Assembly (NCBI GenBank): GCA_030141605.1
Contig: JAQGDQ010000272.1
Coordinates: forward strand, 124,001-188,000
Source: Tubiluchus corallicola
Taxonomy: Eukaryota; Animalia; Priapulida
Direction: 5' to 3'
DNA length: 64,000 nucleotides
The notes beneath the pieces were generated by a model. That model did no database searches. It saw nothing but the letters and a program-made list of their open reading frames with translations, and was not told the origin of the DNA. This document shows, piece after piece, positions 25,386-47,580 of the stretch. The position numbers and the translations under genes were made by a program. Numbering within the stretch: the first letter of the stretch is position 1; every line of letters begins with the position of its first letter.

Positions 25386-26380
25386 CAGTGAGAGCGGTAC
25401 ATTTAGAACTCGTCACGGACTTGTCTACTGAAACGTTTATTATGTGTCTGAGACGTTTTATAGGTCGCCGAGGTGTACCCGAAACTATAATATCAGATAA
25501 TGCGCCGCAGTTTCATCTTGCTAAGCAGACGTTGGATTTGATATTTCAAAGGGTTTTCAATTCTTGTTCTGTGCAACAATACATAGCACAAACTGGTATT
25601 AATTGGCATTTTATCATTCAGCTTTCGCCTCGGATGGGCGCGGTTTACGAGCGTTTAATGAGCCTTATTAAACGCTCTCTACGCAAAACAATTGGTAGTA
25701 GGGCTCTTTATCAGTGTCAGTTGAGTACTTTGCTCGTTGAAATTGAAAGTTTAATCAACAACCGTCCTATTACATACATTGAGTCAGACATAGATTCTAG
25801 CTTGGTTTTTCTAGCAAGTCATTTCTTGAGCTTGCGCACTTTAAATTATGTGCCAGTGTACAGTAAATCCGAATCAGATCCCGATTATACTCCCAACAGG
25901 TACAATCTTTCTGGTGAACGTCTTTTCGAAATGTGGAAGAAAGGTGTTAGTTATTTAGATTCTTTTTGGAAAATTTGGCGTAATGAGTATTTGCTTAGCC
26001 TCCAAGAAAGAACGGAGCGCCAAGTACGCCAAAAACGCGTTAAGTCGAAATTTGAGCCTCATGTAGGCGATGTAGTACTGATTGAAGATTCACTTCCCCG
26101 TGGTCAGTGGAAAGTGGGGAAAGTTGTTAATCTCATTATTAGTAAGGACAGTAAAATCAGAGCTGCTAAAGTTCGTACTAGTAATGGTAATATTCTGACT
26201 CGTTCTTTGAGTCAATTGTTTCCTATTGAGTGTCCTAGGTCAGTTGATACAAGTGCAGGTGAAAAAGGCACTTGTCCTGCACAGCATCAGCACATTGAAC
26301 CCTCGCACAAAATTTTACCCAAACGTGCTGCTGCATTAAATGCTTGTGCAAAAATTAAACAACAGGCAACACGTTTATAA
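25378..26380 (+). pseudogene. Frameshifted remainder of BEL/Pao integrase (D,D35E core and DUF5641-like tail)
   Basis: CLAVRAVHLELV, ISDNA, YERL, FWKIWRNEYL, PRGQWKVG, LTRSLSQLFPIE; it would be in frame with the upstream ORF if one 47-bp copy were removed. Confidence 0.9.
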
Positions 26381-26885
26381 ATTTGTCAAACCGTTTGATG
26401 TGATTGTGCAAATGTATAATAAGATTTTCATTAATATATGTTCAAATTTGCAATGTACCAATGTGCTATCTACATAGTTGTGACCTTTATTTCATTGTTT
26501 AATTTTGTATGACAAACAAGAGGTACTTAACATGCAAAAATTGCATAGATTTAAAGTTAAGACCCAGATAGCTATTGTTGGAATTTTCTAACAAAATTGT
26601 TCTTATAGATCCATTGTTGTTATGCTCACGTATATTATATAATGATTGTTAGTTTGTTTTTTTCCAAATTGTTTTCCTGAGTGCTTGAGTGTATTAGATT
26701 TGGCCAATTTGATGTGTATTATGTATTGTATCTTTGTGCATTGTTTTTGATTCTGCATTGTTTGAATTAGGTTTGCATTGAAACAAAAATTAAAATACGT
26801 TGCGCGCAACATGTAAGAAAATTTTTGGTGAGAGCCTGCGGTTTATGTGTCTTGGTAATACTTTCTTGTCTTTTTTCTGGGGGAG

Positions 26886-27108
26886 TGTCGTGAAGTTTGG
26901 GCTTCACGATTCGCCCCCCAGAGAGAAGCCATTGAATTGAATTGATTTTACGTGTAACTGTAGAAAAGAAGTTAGTGGCAGTTGTTGAGTTGGTATGAAA
27001 GGGCAAACTAGGATATTGCGTTCGAAAAAAAAGAATAAAGTTTAGCGTTACGACGGTGGTAAAAATTCTCGTCTTTTCGTTTTATTTGTTACAAAAGTCA
27101 CCACGACA
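26886..27108 (+). repeat. 3' LTR of BEL/Pao element
   Basis: Identical to 19968-20190; followed by TSD AAAAC. Confidence 0.95.
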
Positions 27109-27351
27109 AAAACGAACTAAACAAAAATTAAAAAGATCAAAGGCAGTCTAGTTTACCTGAATTTTTAATCAGTACCGAGTTGATTTTTATATGCAAACAA
27201 CGGTACTGCCATTACTTGATAACATATTATTATTATTATTATTATTACTTGATAATTTCTTATCAGTGGAGGTAGCGAGGTGATAGTCGTGAAAATTATG
27301 GACGGCAAGGAGTCATATGACTCGTGTTTTATTGTTTAAATCCCGTGTTAA

Positions 27352-27970
27352 AGGAAGACAGGATGATTTTTCATATACTACCCCATTTTCAGGTCCGATA
27401 AAAAATATACATAAAAAGTTTAACACAATTAATACTCTAAAAGCGTTTCCGATGATTAAATTATAGATCAAAAACTTAATTAACGGCGGGCGAGCTAAAC
27501 TATTGATGATATCACAACCTAACATAATTTCCAACATCAAAAATATTCCACGAGAGTATTGCACGTATTTGCGAAAGCGAAAATTGAATACAGTGCTACT
27601 GTAAGAAATTCAGTGTGTTGTACTAAAACAAGGTGAGTTTTAAGATAAAAATTCAAATTTCAAATTTACCGCTCACGCACGAGCTGTTGATTGTGTGTAG
27701 TTCGTCACAAACTAACACATCTGAACTGCCAGGTACAGCACCTGTTTTTGTGCAATGCGTTTCCGAAATGCAAGCGCTAGTGCCAGTCTAACTAGCGAAT
27801 GGCGAAATGCATGTAACAGCGAAGAACTAGTGGCGTGAACGTGAAATTGTGTTTGTGTTGTAATAATTCTTTCAAGTAAATCATTTTTAATAAAAATAGA
27901 ATGTTCTCTTTCAATATTTTAAAGAGTAGATTGTTTTGACCTACAGTTTAAGATTGGGGCCGGTTTTCCT
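27352..27970 (+). mobile_element. Kolobok/T2-like MITE family A, full length
   Basis: TTAA|AGGAAGAC...GTTTTCCT|TTAA; TTAA on both sides. Confidence 0.85.
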
Positions 27971-28709
27971 TTAAAATAAACTATTACTTTCTTCTACTGG
28001 ACAGTGCTGCCCTCTGAGGCCAGCAAACAGTTATCTGTCAAGTGATTTCATGGTAGGCGACTTTAGATACCTGGCTTTGTGAGCTGCTGCATACGCTTGA
28101 TCTAGATATGTTGAGTTCAGTTGCTTGTAGTTTGTAGAAACTTTTGTAGAGTCTGCAAATGCGTTTGCTGTTTGATGTAAATTCTGCTGTTACAGTTGGT
28201 GCTGTTCTAATGTTTGGGCAAGGAAATAAGTTATTTTATTTATGCTAAAATTAATCATTTGATAATTTTTTGCATTATTGATTGCTTCTGGCCTTATTTG
28301 TATATGTGAAATGTGTTACATTGTAACGGCAGGTTAATGTTGTGCAGTGTTTTTACCTGTAATTTATTTGTGTGATACTCATGTTTAACCAGTTTATTAA
28401 TTGATTTATAAACTTTTTTTATTAATCCGTAGTGTGAACATTTGTGAATGTGAACTAGGCAGTTAGTTTATTATTTAAGCGACCACAAAACTGATAATTA
28501 TATATCAACTAAATTAAGCAGAAGTTTTGCATTAAAATCTTTGCAAACGTGCTAATTTGTAGTCACTCTTTTCATAAAATGTGCAGCAATTTATTAATTT
28601 ACATTTTTGTATTTTTAACAGAATAAACAACTAATGTACACACTTATGTCTGAGCTTGATGTTTGGATTGGAGTGTTTGAGCATTTTTGGTCATTCTTGG
28701 TAAAATGTT

Positions 28710-28885
28710 AAAATGTCACTACGACAAAACTGAACAACTCTGAAATGAGAAATACAGCACCTGTTTCTGTGCAACTCATTTCCAAGATTCAGGTGCTAGT
28801 ACCCATCTAACTAGCCATTGGCGAAATGCGGGTAACAGCGAAGACTTGGCCGCGCGAACGCGAAATTACGTTTCTATAGTAATAA
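28710..28885 (+). mobile_element. Internal fragment of MITE family A
   Basis: tacagcacctgttt..catctaactagc..ggcgaaatgc..gtaacagcgaag matches 27733-27870. Confidence 0.7.
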
Positions 28886-31800
28886 TGGTAGGCAGAACTC
28901 TAAAATAAAGACAGGTAAACACAGCAGTCAATCCAGCAAAAAACTAGACATAGGTATGCCAGTGGCTTGTCAAAACCATTTCCGATTAAGCTTGCTTGTT
29001 CAGTAATAGGAATTTGCTTGAGTTGTAAGTAGCCATGCTACGCAAAATAACGTCTTATTAACAGTCAGTTGTTAAAAGCTATTTTTAAACTAATTGTTGC
29101 TACAAGACGTGACGAAAAATAAGTCTACAAGTTAAAGTGAAAATCAACATTTAAAGGGATACCGGAGACATTTCCGGTGTCTTTTTAAGAATTAAGGATA
29201 CACGCATAACGCCAGTTGCCAAACTGTGAGTAAAATTGTTGGAATTTTGGGTTGCACAACTTTTAATTTCAACGCAAAAGAGCACGGATTAAACGAAATA
29301 ATCATATGAAATTTGAAAAAAAAAGTTTTTTTCTAGAGACTTACATTTAGTCGAATAAATTGAATAAGGTTAATATAAAACATTTAAATATCAGAACCAA
29401 TTTTATATCTACAGAAACATTCACACACTACCTATCATCGGCAGTAAACTAAAAAAAATTAATATCTTCAAACAAATTTCAAATGCTGCCAAAACATATA
29501 TAACAAGATAGCTATAGTCTTGGGCAAAACTTTACTTGATATTTGTAAATAATATGTGAACATAATCTTTAAAGTGACTGTAGGTTTGTTAACCCTAAAT
29601 CTTCATGCCGCGAGCGTTAAGGCTAATGGTACTACGGGGGTCAGAACATGGAGACCAGGGATCAGCCATGGAATTTTAGCATTAATTCAGAATAGAGAGA
29701 ACTCACCAGTGTGATCTTGGCTTTCAAACACACTTCAGACTCCCTTTTAATTATCATCCCTCTCAGTGACAGTAACGTAAATGAGAAAACAAATACAGTG
29801 AAATAAAGTTTGCATACTTGAACAACAATAAACAACATATCAATTAACAAATATTACAAATACAAACTGGTTAGCGCAAAAAGGGGAGCTGGCTACTGCT
29901 TAGCATGTCAGTCCCAAACACAGTCAAATGCAGTTGTCAGAGATAGACAGATAGTTGTCAGCAAGAACACAGTCCGGTGTGAACTCAGCATTCAGCAACA
30001 CATGACATGAGTAACGTATTTATAAAGACTAATTAGTCTAGCCATTACTACTATAGGTTCGTAAGTTAGACTCCAGGGGTGAACTTGTCTCTCAAGGCAT
30101 CATAAGAAGGTATGCATACCTGAGTTCTTGTAAGCAATGTTAAGGTACTTCATCAAACACTATCCGTCCATACAGTGACAAACCTCAGTGTTGCACTACC
30201 CCAAATGGCAGAGTCCAGGTAAGAATACATCCAAAAACGACACAACCAGGCTCTGCCAAGAGGGACTCCAAAGGCGAATCACTACTCAAAGCTAAACATA
30301 TGTTAGACCATGCCTCCTCGATGGTCTCAAAGCTGAAGCTCTATCATAAGCTTGTCGCAGTAGCCAGCAGATGGCAGCAGCAGTTGGGCAGGACCGACTA
30401 GTGGTTTAATTATTTTTCTACAAGATGGTAGTCACCATGTAAAAAAATAGCACATAAATAAGAAATAAATAAAAAATAATAATCATTTAATCAGTTTGTT
30501 ACAACATATTGACGAGGAAAACTTTTTTTGGCACTATTTTCGTATCTTTTTCCACAGTTTCGCTGATTTTAGCCATGATTGGGTAAGCCACCTTGTATCA
30601 GCTGCTGATAACAGTTAATTTGTTCTGCAGCTGATGAAACTAAAAAAGCTGATGCAGGGAAGTTTTTACAAAAATAAGACCATTTTGAATATTAACATAT
30701 TACTTCTTCTAATCAAATATGAGACGAGCAGTTATGGTTTGCTGGTAAAATGGAGTGGCCAAGAATGTATTTGGACATAAAGCGCGAATCGGGAAGAGGA
30801 GGCGATGGTGTTATCAGACTGAAGGGCACTTACAATCACTTGTTACCCGCTTTAAAAAGGAGATATTGTTTTTAAACCTGATGATGTCTTTGTAGTTTCG
30901 TATATCAGAATGGGTTTGTATCATTTTAAGTGTCCAAATTCTAATGCAGAGACATACTGGCAAATGACTTAGCTTTTGATGCAGTGCAATACGACGCTAT
31001 TACTCTTAGCGTCTACCTAACTGGCAAGCTGTCACACAGCTCTAAACTTTACGCCTCGTTGACAGTTTTTTTTGTTTGTTTAATCATTGCAATTTTTTCA
31101 GGTAGTAATGAAATTAAAATTGGCTAATTCTTATTAGCAACCCAATTAATTAATCTGCTACAGGTCAATGTGGAGACTGGAACATTATTTTACTGTGGCT
31201 GAAAGTGAGCGATCTGACAAAATCTACAAGGACAAGATGGCTGCCTGCAAAGATCTGGTGCTCTATTTCGAATAAAGCAACCTATCGCGAAATTAAAATT
31301 ATTTAGCCTATTTGCTAGTTCCTACGTGGCTTTTATGCAGTGGCTTTGCGTTTTATATAACAGCCTATTTACTTTAATGCCTTCCTAACTAGTTCACTAA
31401 TTGGTATGGTTTACCAATTGAATATCATTTGTTATTCAAACCTTTTTGTTGACCAATCTTTGCTGTACAGAGTTTTTAATGTTTAAACAGTGATTTTGTT
31501 GGAACACGATGAACTCGCCTACAATGAACATAATACAATTTTTTAGTGTTCTGGAAAAGGAAAAGCCTCACACTCACGTTTGCCTATATGTACGTTACGA
31601 GCAATAAAAAAGCGGAGCTCATTAGATTGTCCCACCCTGTGAAAGTTAAAAAAGTAAAGAAAAAAACTGAAAATTCTGAGGTGAATCAGATGACAAGGAA
31701 AAAAATTGGTGCTATAGAGGAGAACGATGCAATGAACGAAGCTCACGTAGGATGGTATAAAAGATAGAAAGACTATTAGTTTCTTATTTGTCTATCAGTT

Positions 31801-32231
31801 TATCAGTTTGCTTGATGCGATAACCAAACAGTTGGTTTTTGTAGTAATCAAATAGGGCTATACTAAAAATGACACTAGAAAGACTACAAGTGAAGTCACA
31901 CTTTTGCATTGGTGTAGACAACTCAACATTACATGATATAGATACGGAACGTTTATTTCCTTTCTCAGAAAGCAGAAATTCAGCCAAAGAACGTTAAACA
32001 ATGAAGACACTTCAAGAAAGTTCTGGATTTTTCAGAAACAGTCAAAAACGCAACGAAGAACAATTGCTTCTATTGTTTCGCGTTTACTTCACCAAGTTTA
32101 AGAACACAAACCTTGAATATTTGTTTTTCTAGTGTTCTTTCTGGAAACTAAACTGCGTGAAACAGCCATTTCGAAATATGTGCACCGTAATGATAGACAA
32201 GCTTTAAACCGGTTGCAGATTCTTAGCAAAC

Positions 32232-40446
<8,215 letters not shown>

Positions 40447-41193
40447 CTTGCGTTTTACCGGTTTTACTGCATGTGATAAACACGGTTATGTGAGAAGTCC
40501 TGAATTATTTACACGCTAAAGAAGTCTAATGCCAGCCGTAAAAAAATTACTTGGATGGCTCCTCTCTTACATTTGTGTTTTCTTTACACAACCACAAAAC
40601 TTCAAGTTCTGAAATTAAGTACACAGTCATAACTATAATACACACCTAGTTATAGATTATGGATTATTGAGATTACCAATTTCTAAATGGAAACTGATGC
40701 ACCGTGTTCCAAAAGCAATTATAGCATTACCCAACACTGTTTTTTATCATTTAATATATCTAGGATGAGGTATATTTATTTATTCATCGCAGTATTCCAT
40801 GCCACAATCATACCACACAAACTACACTACATTACATATACCACACCACCCACACAGCACCACCGACATCCACACCACCCCGCACCATACCGCATCTGCC
40901 ACACACCGTATACACCAAACACATCACACTGCACTACATTACACCACATCAAACGACCCACGCAACACCATACCACAAAATAAAAACGCAACAACAACAC
41001 TTTGCACAGGCCTCCCAGAAAGGGAAGTGCACTACCGTGTAGCCCAACTTTTCTTCTTTCCAAAGAGCTATAAATCCGACGCAAGACGTCCATGATGCAC
41101 CCCACAAATGGCCTTTCTACATAGTGTTTGGTCAAACTTTTGAAAAAATCATGTGGGTCGGGAAAAACGTAACGTTCTTTGCAGGAATGCTTG

Positions 41194-43378
41194 TAGGGCC
41201 GGCTCAAGGTGGTTTAGCGCCTTAGGCGAACCTAGAGAAATTGAGCTAGGGGTCCAACAATACTTTTTTGCATTTTAATGTCTTAATTAGTTAAAGTTTT
41301 ATGAATTAAAGAATTGGTTTTTTCATTAATAATTGTTAACCTTGGTTGATGACTGTCTGTTTCGGTAAGATAGCTTATCTATTAAAGTAGGAACTTGTAA
41401 TTTATTGAAATTGTATTAAACCTTATAAACTTTAACAAATACACTGTGTTTTTTATTATTGCCTTTCATATCTTAAAGAATCTCAGGATGGATTAAGCTT
41501 CACTATATAACTCGGTTTCTGTCTGTTTTATTGGCGCACAGTTTACACTGACTAATTATAAACATGTTGCAATAATATAAATTATATAAAGTGCCCTATC
41601 TGCTAGCATACTTAGCGGTCAAACCTGGTGGCAAAGTCACCCATCCAGTTAGTAGCTAACATATTTAACATTCCCTAGCTTGAAAATAGCACTGTCGGGA
41701 AATAAAAGGCCTATATACAACGGCCATCAGACGTTGAAGTTTTTCTAATGAATACACAATGAATTCATAGTTATTCTTAAACAAAAGAAACTTATGAATT
41801 AAAATAACTTACATATTTCTGATGAAATTTCGAACGTGTGCATTGCCGTAAAGATCGCCATGTTTCGCGGCTTTTGCGCGAGTGAGCGAGAATAGACGTA
41901 CGAGGTACAAAAAAGAGTTTTTTTTTGGTTACCGATGTTTGTTTGCCGATCTTTAGTGACCTCATGATAGCACACATTACGTCATTCGTCTTGCGCAACG
42001 AAAAACGGCGGTTCTGCAAATTTAATGCTGCTAACAACGAAGTGATAAAACTTGTAAGTTGTAAAAGCATGTATTATAGTGAGGGTTTAGTTTGACTTTA
42101 AGCCTAATCTGATGCCTGTTCAGACATTCTGAAGCGGCCGGGCTGCCCAAATTATTCAATTGCGATAGCAGAGGCGACAAAGATATTATTGCTCAACAAT
42201 GACGTCTGTTATGTTTAAGAAATAATTTAAATCGCGAATTTTCGTTTTGTAGTTTGAATGTCAAGAAGAAAATCGTTATCAGACATTGCACATCGATATA
42301 CTGTATCACACTTTGGCAGAAATATTATATGTATACTATGTGTAGCATTAGATATTTAAAAGGTTCCTATAATAAGGTATTTATCAACTTTTTAATCCAC
42401 TCTATGACTGCTGAGCACGAAATATATGTATTCCGCTGAACATTTATACCTTGATAGGCGTAAGCCGTTTACTGTTATTGTAGACTGCTCCCTGTGGATA
42501 AACTTCGTTCAGACTAGTGCCGAGTAAATGCGCGAAGTAACTCGCAAGTGTGTTCAGACTAGAGAGTTGCGAGTTACTCTTCGACAGTGAGCGCTAGCTG
42601 ACACACCTCTATTTACTGGGAAAAGTTTCGTGAGTAACTCGCCAAGGCGTTCACATCAGACTAGACAGTAACTCGCAGCAACTTTCGGAGAGTTTGTAAT
42701 AACTTACCGACAGTAACTCGTTAGGCAGTTCGCACTTGCGAGTTTGCTGTCAGAGAGAAAACCTTCGACAGAAAACTCGCTAGTCAGAACACATCGTTAC
42801 TGTTTGTAAATTATTATGTTTAAAGTCAGTGTGTGTGTGTGTGTGTGTTGTGTGTGCGTGCGTGCGTGCATGTATGCGTGTGGCATTGCGTAAGTACCAA
42901 CCCACTTATATATACTTACTTAGCTTGTTTTATTCCACTAATTTGTTATGTAAATGTATAATTTTGTTCGATAGGCCTTCTGGCCTGGAATAAAATAATA
43001 TCTTTCCTTTACTTTTGACTACACATATGAGTGTACAGCTTAATTTAACTGTAATGTTTTTTTTCAGTGATGAATCGTTTGTATTATAGACTTATTGATT
43101 TTGTCAAAATCGAATACAATGAGTGGAGATACGCCACACGCGCGAGAAGCCCAGGAGGTTTGAACGTTAAGAAACTGAAATTGGTAAACGTGTATAAAAG
43201 ATCTTTTAGTTGATTTAGCTGAAGTATTTTACAAGTCTTAAAGCATTTTAATTCACTTTACAAACCAAAAATTTACTCCTTTATAAATGAAGTCAAGTTT
43301 ATGCTTGAATAATAACCCCCCTCCCAATTTTCTTCCCCAGGGCATTGTCTAAGTCGCCTATGCCTTGAGCCGGCCCTA
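41194..43378. mobile_element. Non-autonomous hAT element (2.2 kb) with nested insertion
   Basis: Perfect 16-bp TIR TAGGGCCGGCTCAAGG / CCTTGAGCCGGCCCTA; 8-bp TSD AATGCTTG / AAGGCTTG (7/8); no transposase ORF. Confidence 0.85.
42503..42795. mobile_element. Harbinger-like MITE family G nested in the hAT element
   Basis: gttcagactag...ctagtcagaac termini; many aactcgc/gcgagtt repeats; inverted copy at 46683-46972. Confidence 0.7.
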
Positions 43379-43679
43379 AAGGCTTGGTCCTCCCGAAAAA
43401 CCAAACTACGTCAATTAGGCCTATAGCCTATGCTGAATGCTCTTTTCAATGACGTATAGCATAGCGATCTTCAATTTTCAGCTGAATAACTTTTGGCAAA
43501 AAACGTGCAGAAAGGAAGTTTGGAAGTTTTCCGCCCACCACTCCTCCCAGATGACCTGGATAAAAAATGAACCCCTATGGGACTCACGGAGACCGAGGAG
43601 GTTCGGCAGCAGCCAAGAATACCTCATACATGCACATCCAGACGTCTAGACATTATTTATCTGAGAATAACGTAGTTAA

Positions 43680-44283
43680 AGCAAAACCGTACCCAATCTT
43701 AACTTGTAGGTCAAAATAATCTACTCTTTAAAACACTGAAAGGAAACATACTATTTTTTCAAAAATGACTTACGCGAAAGAATTATTACCACACAAACAC
43801 AGTTTCGCGTTCGCGCCACTAGCACTTCGCTGTTACATTTCGCCATTCTCTAGTTAGACGGGCACAGTGCCTGCATTTCGGAAACGCATTGCACAAAAAA
43901 CAGGTGCTGTACCTCTCAGTTCAAATGTGTTCGTTACTGACGAACTGCACACGTTCGACAGCTCATGCGCGAGCACAGCATTAAATTTGAAATTTGAATT
44001 TTTATCTTAAAACTTGCCGAGTTTTATTACACACTGAATTTCTGACAATAGCACTGGGCTTCAATTTTTTCTTTCGCAAATACGTGCTCATGGAATATTT
44101 TTGCTGTTGAAAATTATGTTAGTTTGTGAAGTCATCAATAGTTAGGCTCGCCCGCTGTTACTTAAGATTTTAATCTATTATTTAATTATCAGAAACACTT
44201 TTACAGTATTATTCGTGTTAAAATTTATACTTTTTATCGGACTTGAAAATGGGATAGTATATGAAAAATCATCCTGTCTTCCT
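43680..44283 (-). mobile_element. Kolobok/T2-like MITE family A, inverted
   Basis: TTAA|AGCAAAACC...GTCTTCCT|TTAA; reverse complement of 27352-27970. Confidence 0.85.
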
Positions 44284-45070
44284 TTAAATATATTTATTTA
44301 TTTTTGTAATACGTTATTTTCGCAACAACCACTAAACCATTTGCGACAAATGACATATCAGACGAATCATCTCGATCTCTGTCCCATAGAGGCTTTATTT
44401 GTCCATAGAGGAATTTTTGATTCGGGACGTCAGGGGGAACCACGGTTTTTGGAAAATTGGTAAAAGCGACATCTAAGAACAGAATTGCGGTAGATGAGGT
44501 ACTATGTATCATTGGAAAGATCGTTCAGTATTGGATCTAATAGACACAGTTTGATTTGCCGGAAGGCTTACAAACCCCAGCAACGTTAGCATTTTTTGGA
44601 CACACCCACCAAAATTTTCCGAAAAAGTGCGCAAGCTGCTTCTAGAAAATGTCAATGTTCTAAATTGTTTGAGCGACTTGGAAAAATTAGGCAAAATCCG
44701 TCTGCAAAATTTGAATATTTTGTTTAGAGAGATACCCCATAACGAAATGGGGAGGAGTATTTCCGTATATTGTAACACCCGTTGTCTTTGTCTTTCAGGA
44801 GGTTGCGGCTGTTCCGGACGTTGTCGTCACCATGTGTGCTAGTGTGTAATAATTAGGGAAAGAACTATAATTTTTGTTATAAATGTCTTATATCTGTTAA
44901 CCTATTATCATTACTAAAGGAGAGTTAAGTAAAAACTACGTAGTGCGTTCAAGCATTGTTTGACTATGCTCAAAATGCTTTTGCTGGAATTAGCTAGTTT
45001 TCTATTACTTTGCTGTACCTTCTTGTTTAAGTGGCTGTTTTTAATGTTGTCTGCTCTAGCGTTCAATTAA

Positions 45071-45582
45071 AGGGGAAGGAAAGGAAATTTTAAACCATGT
45101 GAAAAAAACGTTCCACACAAAGATATATTACTTAGCATTACGCTTGTATAACTAGAAAAGAAATTTTTTAGTGATTTAACATGTTCTCGCCACCTGGTAG
45201 AATGTCACTGACTCACCTTTCCAGTGTGCATCAGTGATTCACCAAAACACGTATTTTTAATCTTATTGACAAGATACAGTAAATTATACTTTGCTTAGTT
45301 AACGAAATGCAAAGTTAGTTACACTTTGCTACGAATGCAGTGATCATTTTTATCAAACCTTTACGCAAAGTTATTCAAAGTTACGCAAACTTGCCTCAAA
45401 CGACCTACTATTAAAATAGCTGCGCAAAACGGTCTTGTGGTTAAGTTTACAAAAAGCTTTACCCACCGAGTAACAGTGTTACTGCTAACGCAAGCCCGGT
45501 GTACAATAAGACAGCACGCAAGTCTTATAAAATTTCAAAACGACTTTTTTAAGTTTTTTCATGAAGAGTGTTTTCTTGTGCT
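45071..45582 (+). mobile_element. MITE family E (TTAAAGG-type)
   Basis: TTAA|AGGGGAAGG start; homologous to 49154-49655 (tgtcactgactcacc, tttatacttt(t)gcttagtta). Confidence 0.6.
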
Positions 45583-45977
45583 TTAAATAAAACAATCTTC
45601 TGCAAAAAAATCGCATTTGTAGATTATTACAGAAATCTGCTTAATTCTATCGTATCATTTTAAACCTGGCGAAAAATTAAAGCATTTTTGCACAGCTCAT
45701 CATTCCACGACTCCGTCAACGAAAATTTTAGCGCCAATTCCAATTTTATCGTTGTGGCGTTGATACTAGTAAAACGTACCTAGATTTTTTTAACCAATAA
45801 ATTTAATTTTTACTCTAGTCAGGTTTTCATAAAAAATGGCACCAATGTTGATCTTCAAAAATATCTGGATATAATAAAATAAAACGCGTACTATTTTAAG
45901 TTAAATATTTGTTTAAAATTGAAAATCTCATTGATTTAATAAAAACATGACATGGTTTATTTAAAAAGCAGCTCAAT

Positions 45978-46124
45978 GAGTTTACAATTCTCCCACACGA
46001 TTTAAATACATTAACCTGAACCATAATCCCAACCCTAACCCTAACCCTATCCCTAACTCCAACTCTGACCCTAATCCGCTTCAGGAACTAATTTCTTGAG
46101 CGTGGGGAATTGTAAACTTTAGCC
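45978..46124 (-). mobile_element. Small TIR element with internal telomeric repeats, copy 2
   Basis: agtttacaattc / gaattgtaaact TIRs; internal ccctaaccctaaccctatccctaa. Confidence 0.75.
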
Positions 46125-46239
46125 GATGTTACTTCGGAAGAAATAAGTTTAGATGCTTTCCGGGATTTCTGACGTCAATGAAACAATGCCGAGCTTCACA
46201 AAACCTTGGTTAAAAAATCAATGGAAAATAAGAAAGAGT

Positions 46240-46502
46240 TGATGTTTGCAGACATGCGTGAAACCAGAGCCACTTATAGTACTATGCACAAATACATGTG
46301 CTGTAATTTGAGTTCATTGTAGAGGCAAGGTTTGTGTTATGGCAACAAATCTTGCACGCTCTAAAAGCTTGCTGATGTTTGCAGACATGCGTGAAACCAG
46401 AGCCACTTATAGTACTATGCACAAATACATGTGCTGTAATTTGAGTTCATTGTAGAGGCAAGGTTTGTGTTATGGCAACAAATCTTGCACGCTCTAAAAG
46501 CT
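46240..46502. repeat. Perfect 130-bp tandem duplication
   Basis: 46240-46369 equals 46373-46502, separated by tgc. Confidence 0.9.
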
Positions 46503-46682
46503 ATATGAATTCATAATTTGAGTATTTTTTGCATGCCATACTCTGGTTCACTATTTATTTTGCATAGCTGACTTTTACTCATATAATAAGCTGCTATGAT
46601 ACGGCGGAGAATAATCGTTGATGTGACAAAAACTTATATTGTCACCTGCAACAATTTCATTAATAAGATTGACTTAATATAA

Positions 46683-46972
46683 CGGCGAGTTCAGAACAGC
46701 GAGTTTTCTCTATAGCAGCAAACTCGCAAGTGTGAACTGCTTTGCGATTTACTTTCGGCAAGTTATTGCAAGCTCTCCTGAGTTGCTGCGAGTTACTGTC
46801 CAATGTGAAAGCCTCGGCAAATTATTCTCGACACTTCCCGCAATAAATAGAGAAGGGAGTGTCCCCTCGTGCTTATTGTCGGAGAGTAACTCGCAGCAAG
46901 TTTTGCTCTCTAGTCTGAACACGCTTGTGAGGTACTTGGCGAGTTACTTGAACACCCGTTAGTCTGAATGTG
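46683..46972. mobile_element. Harbinger-like MITE family G, second copy
   Basis: Inverted homologue of 42503-42795. Confidence 0.7.
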
Positions 46973-47016
46973 CAGTAAACGGACAATTTTTAAGTGCATA
47001 ATCCCAATAGACAAAA

Positions 47017-47580
<564 letters not shown>

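Larger units (their letters stand above)
19968..27108 (+). mobile_element. Full-length BEL/Pao LTR retrotransposon
   Basis: 223-bp LTRs at 19968-20190 and 26886-27108, identical by eye, with TGTCGTG...CACGACA ends; 5-bp TSD AAAAC at 19963-19967 and 27109-27113; PBS 20193-20212; PPT ggggggag before the 3' LTR; gag-PR-RT-RH-IN order. Confidence 0.97.

Noticed and set aside
26381-26885. Possible env gene in the BEL element
   Set aside because: Only about 500 bp, AT-rich, with no plus-strand ORF.
29640-31300. GC-richer intergenic stretch with scattered splice-like sites
   Set aside because: No consistent ORF or recognisable motif could be assembled.
40687-41207. His/Thr/Pro-rich ORFs
   Set aside because: Low-complexity CA-rich degenerate repeat downstream of the CALHM stop.
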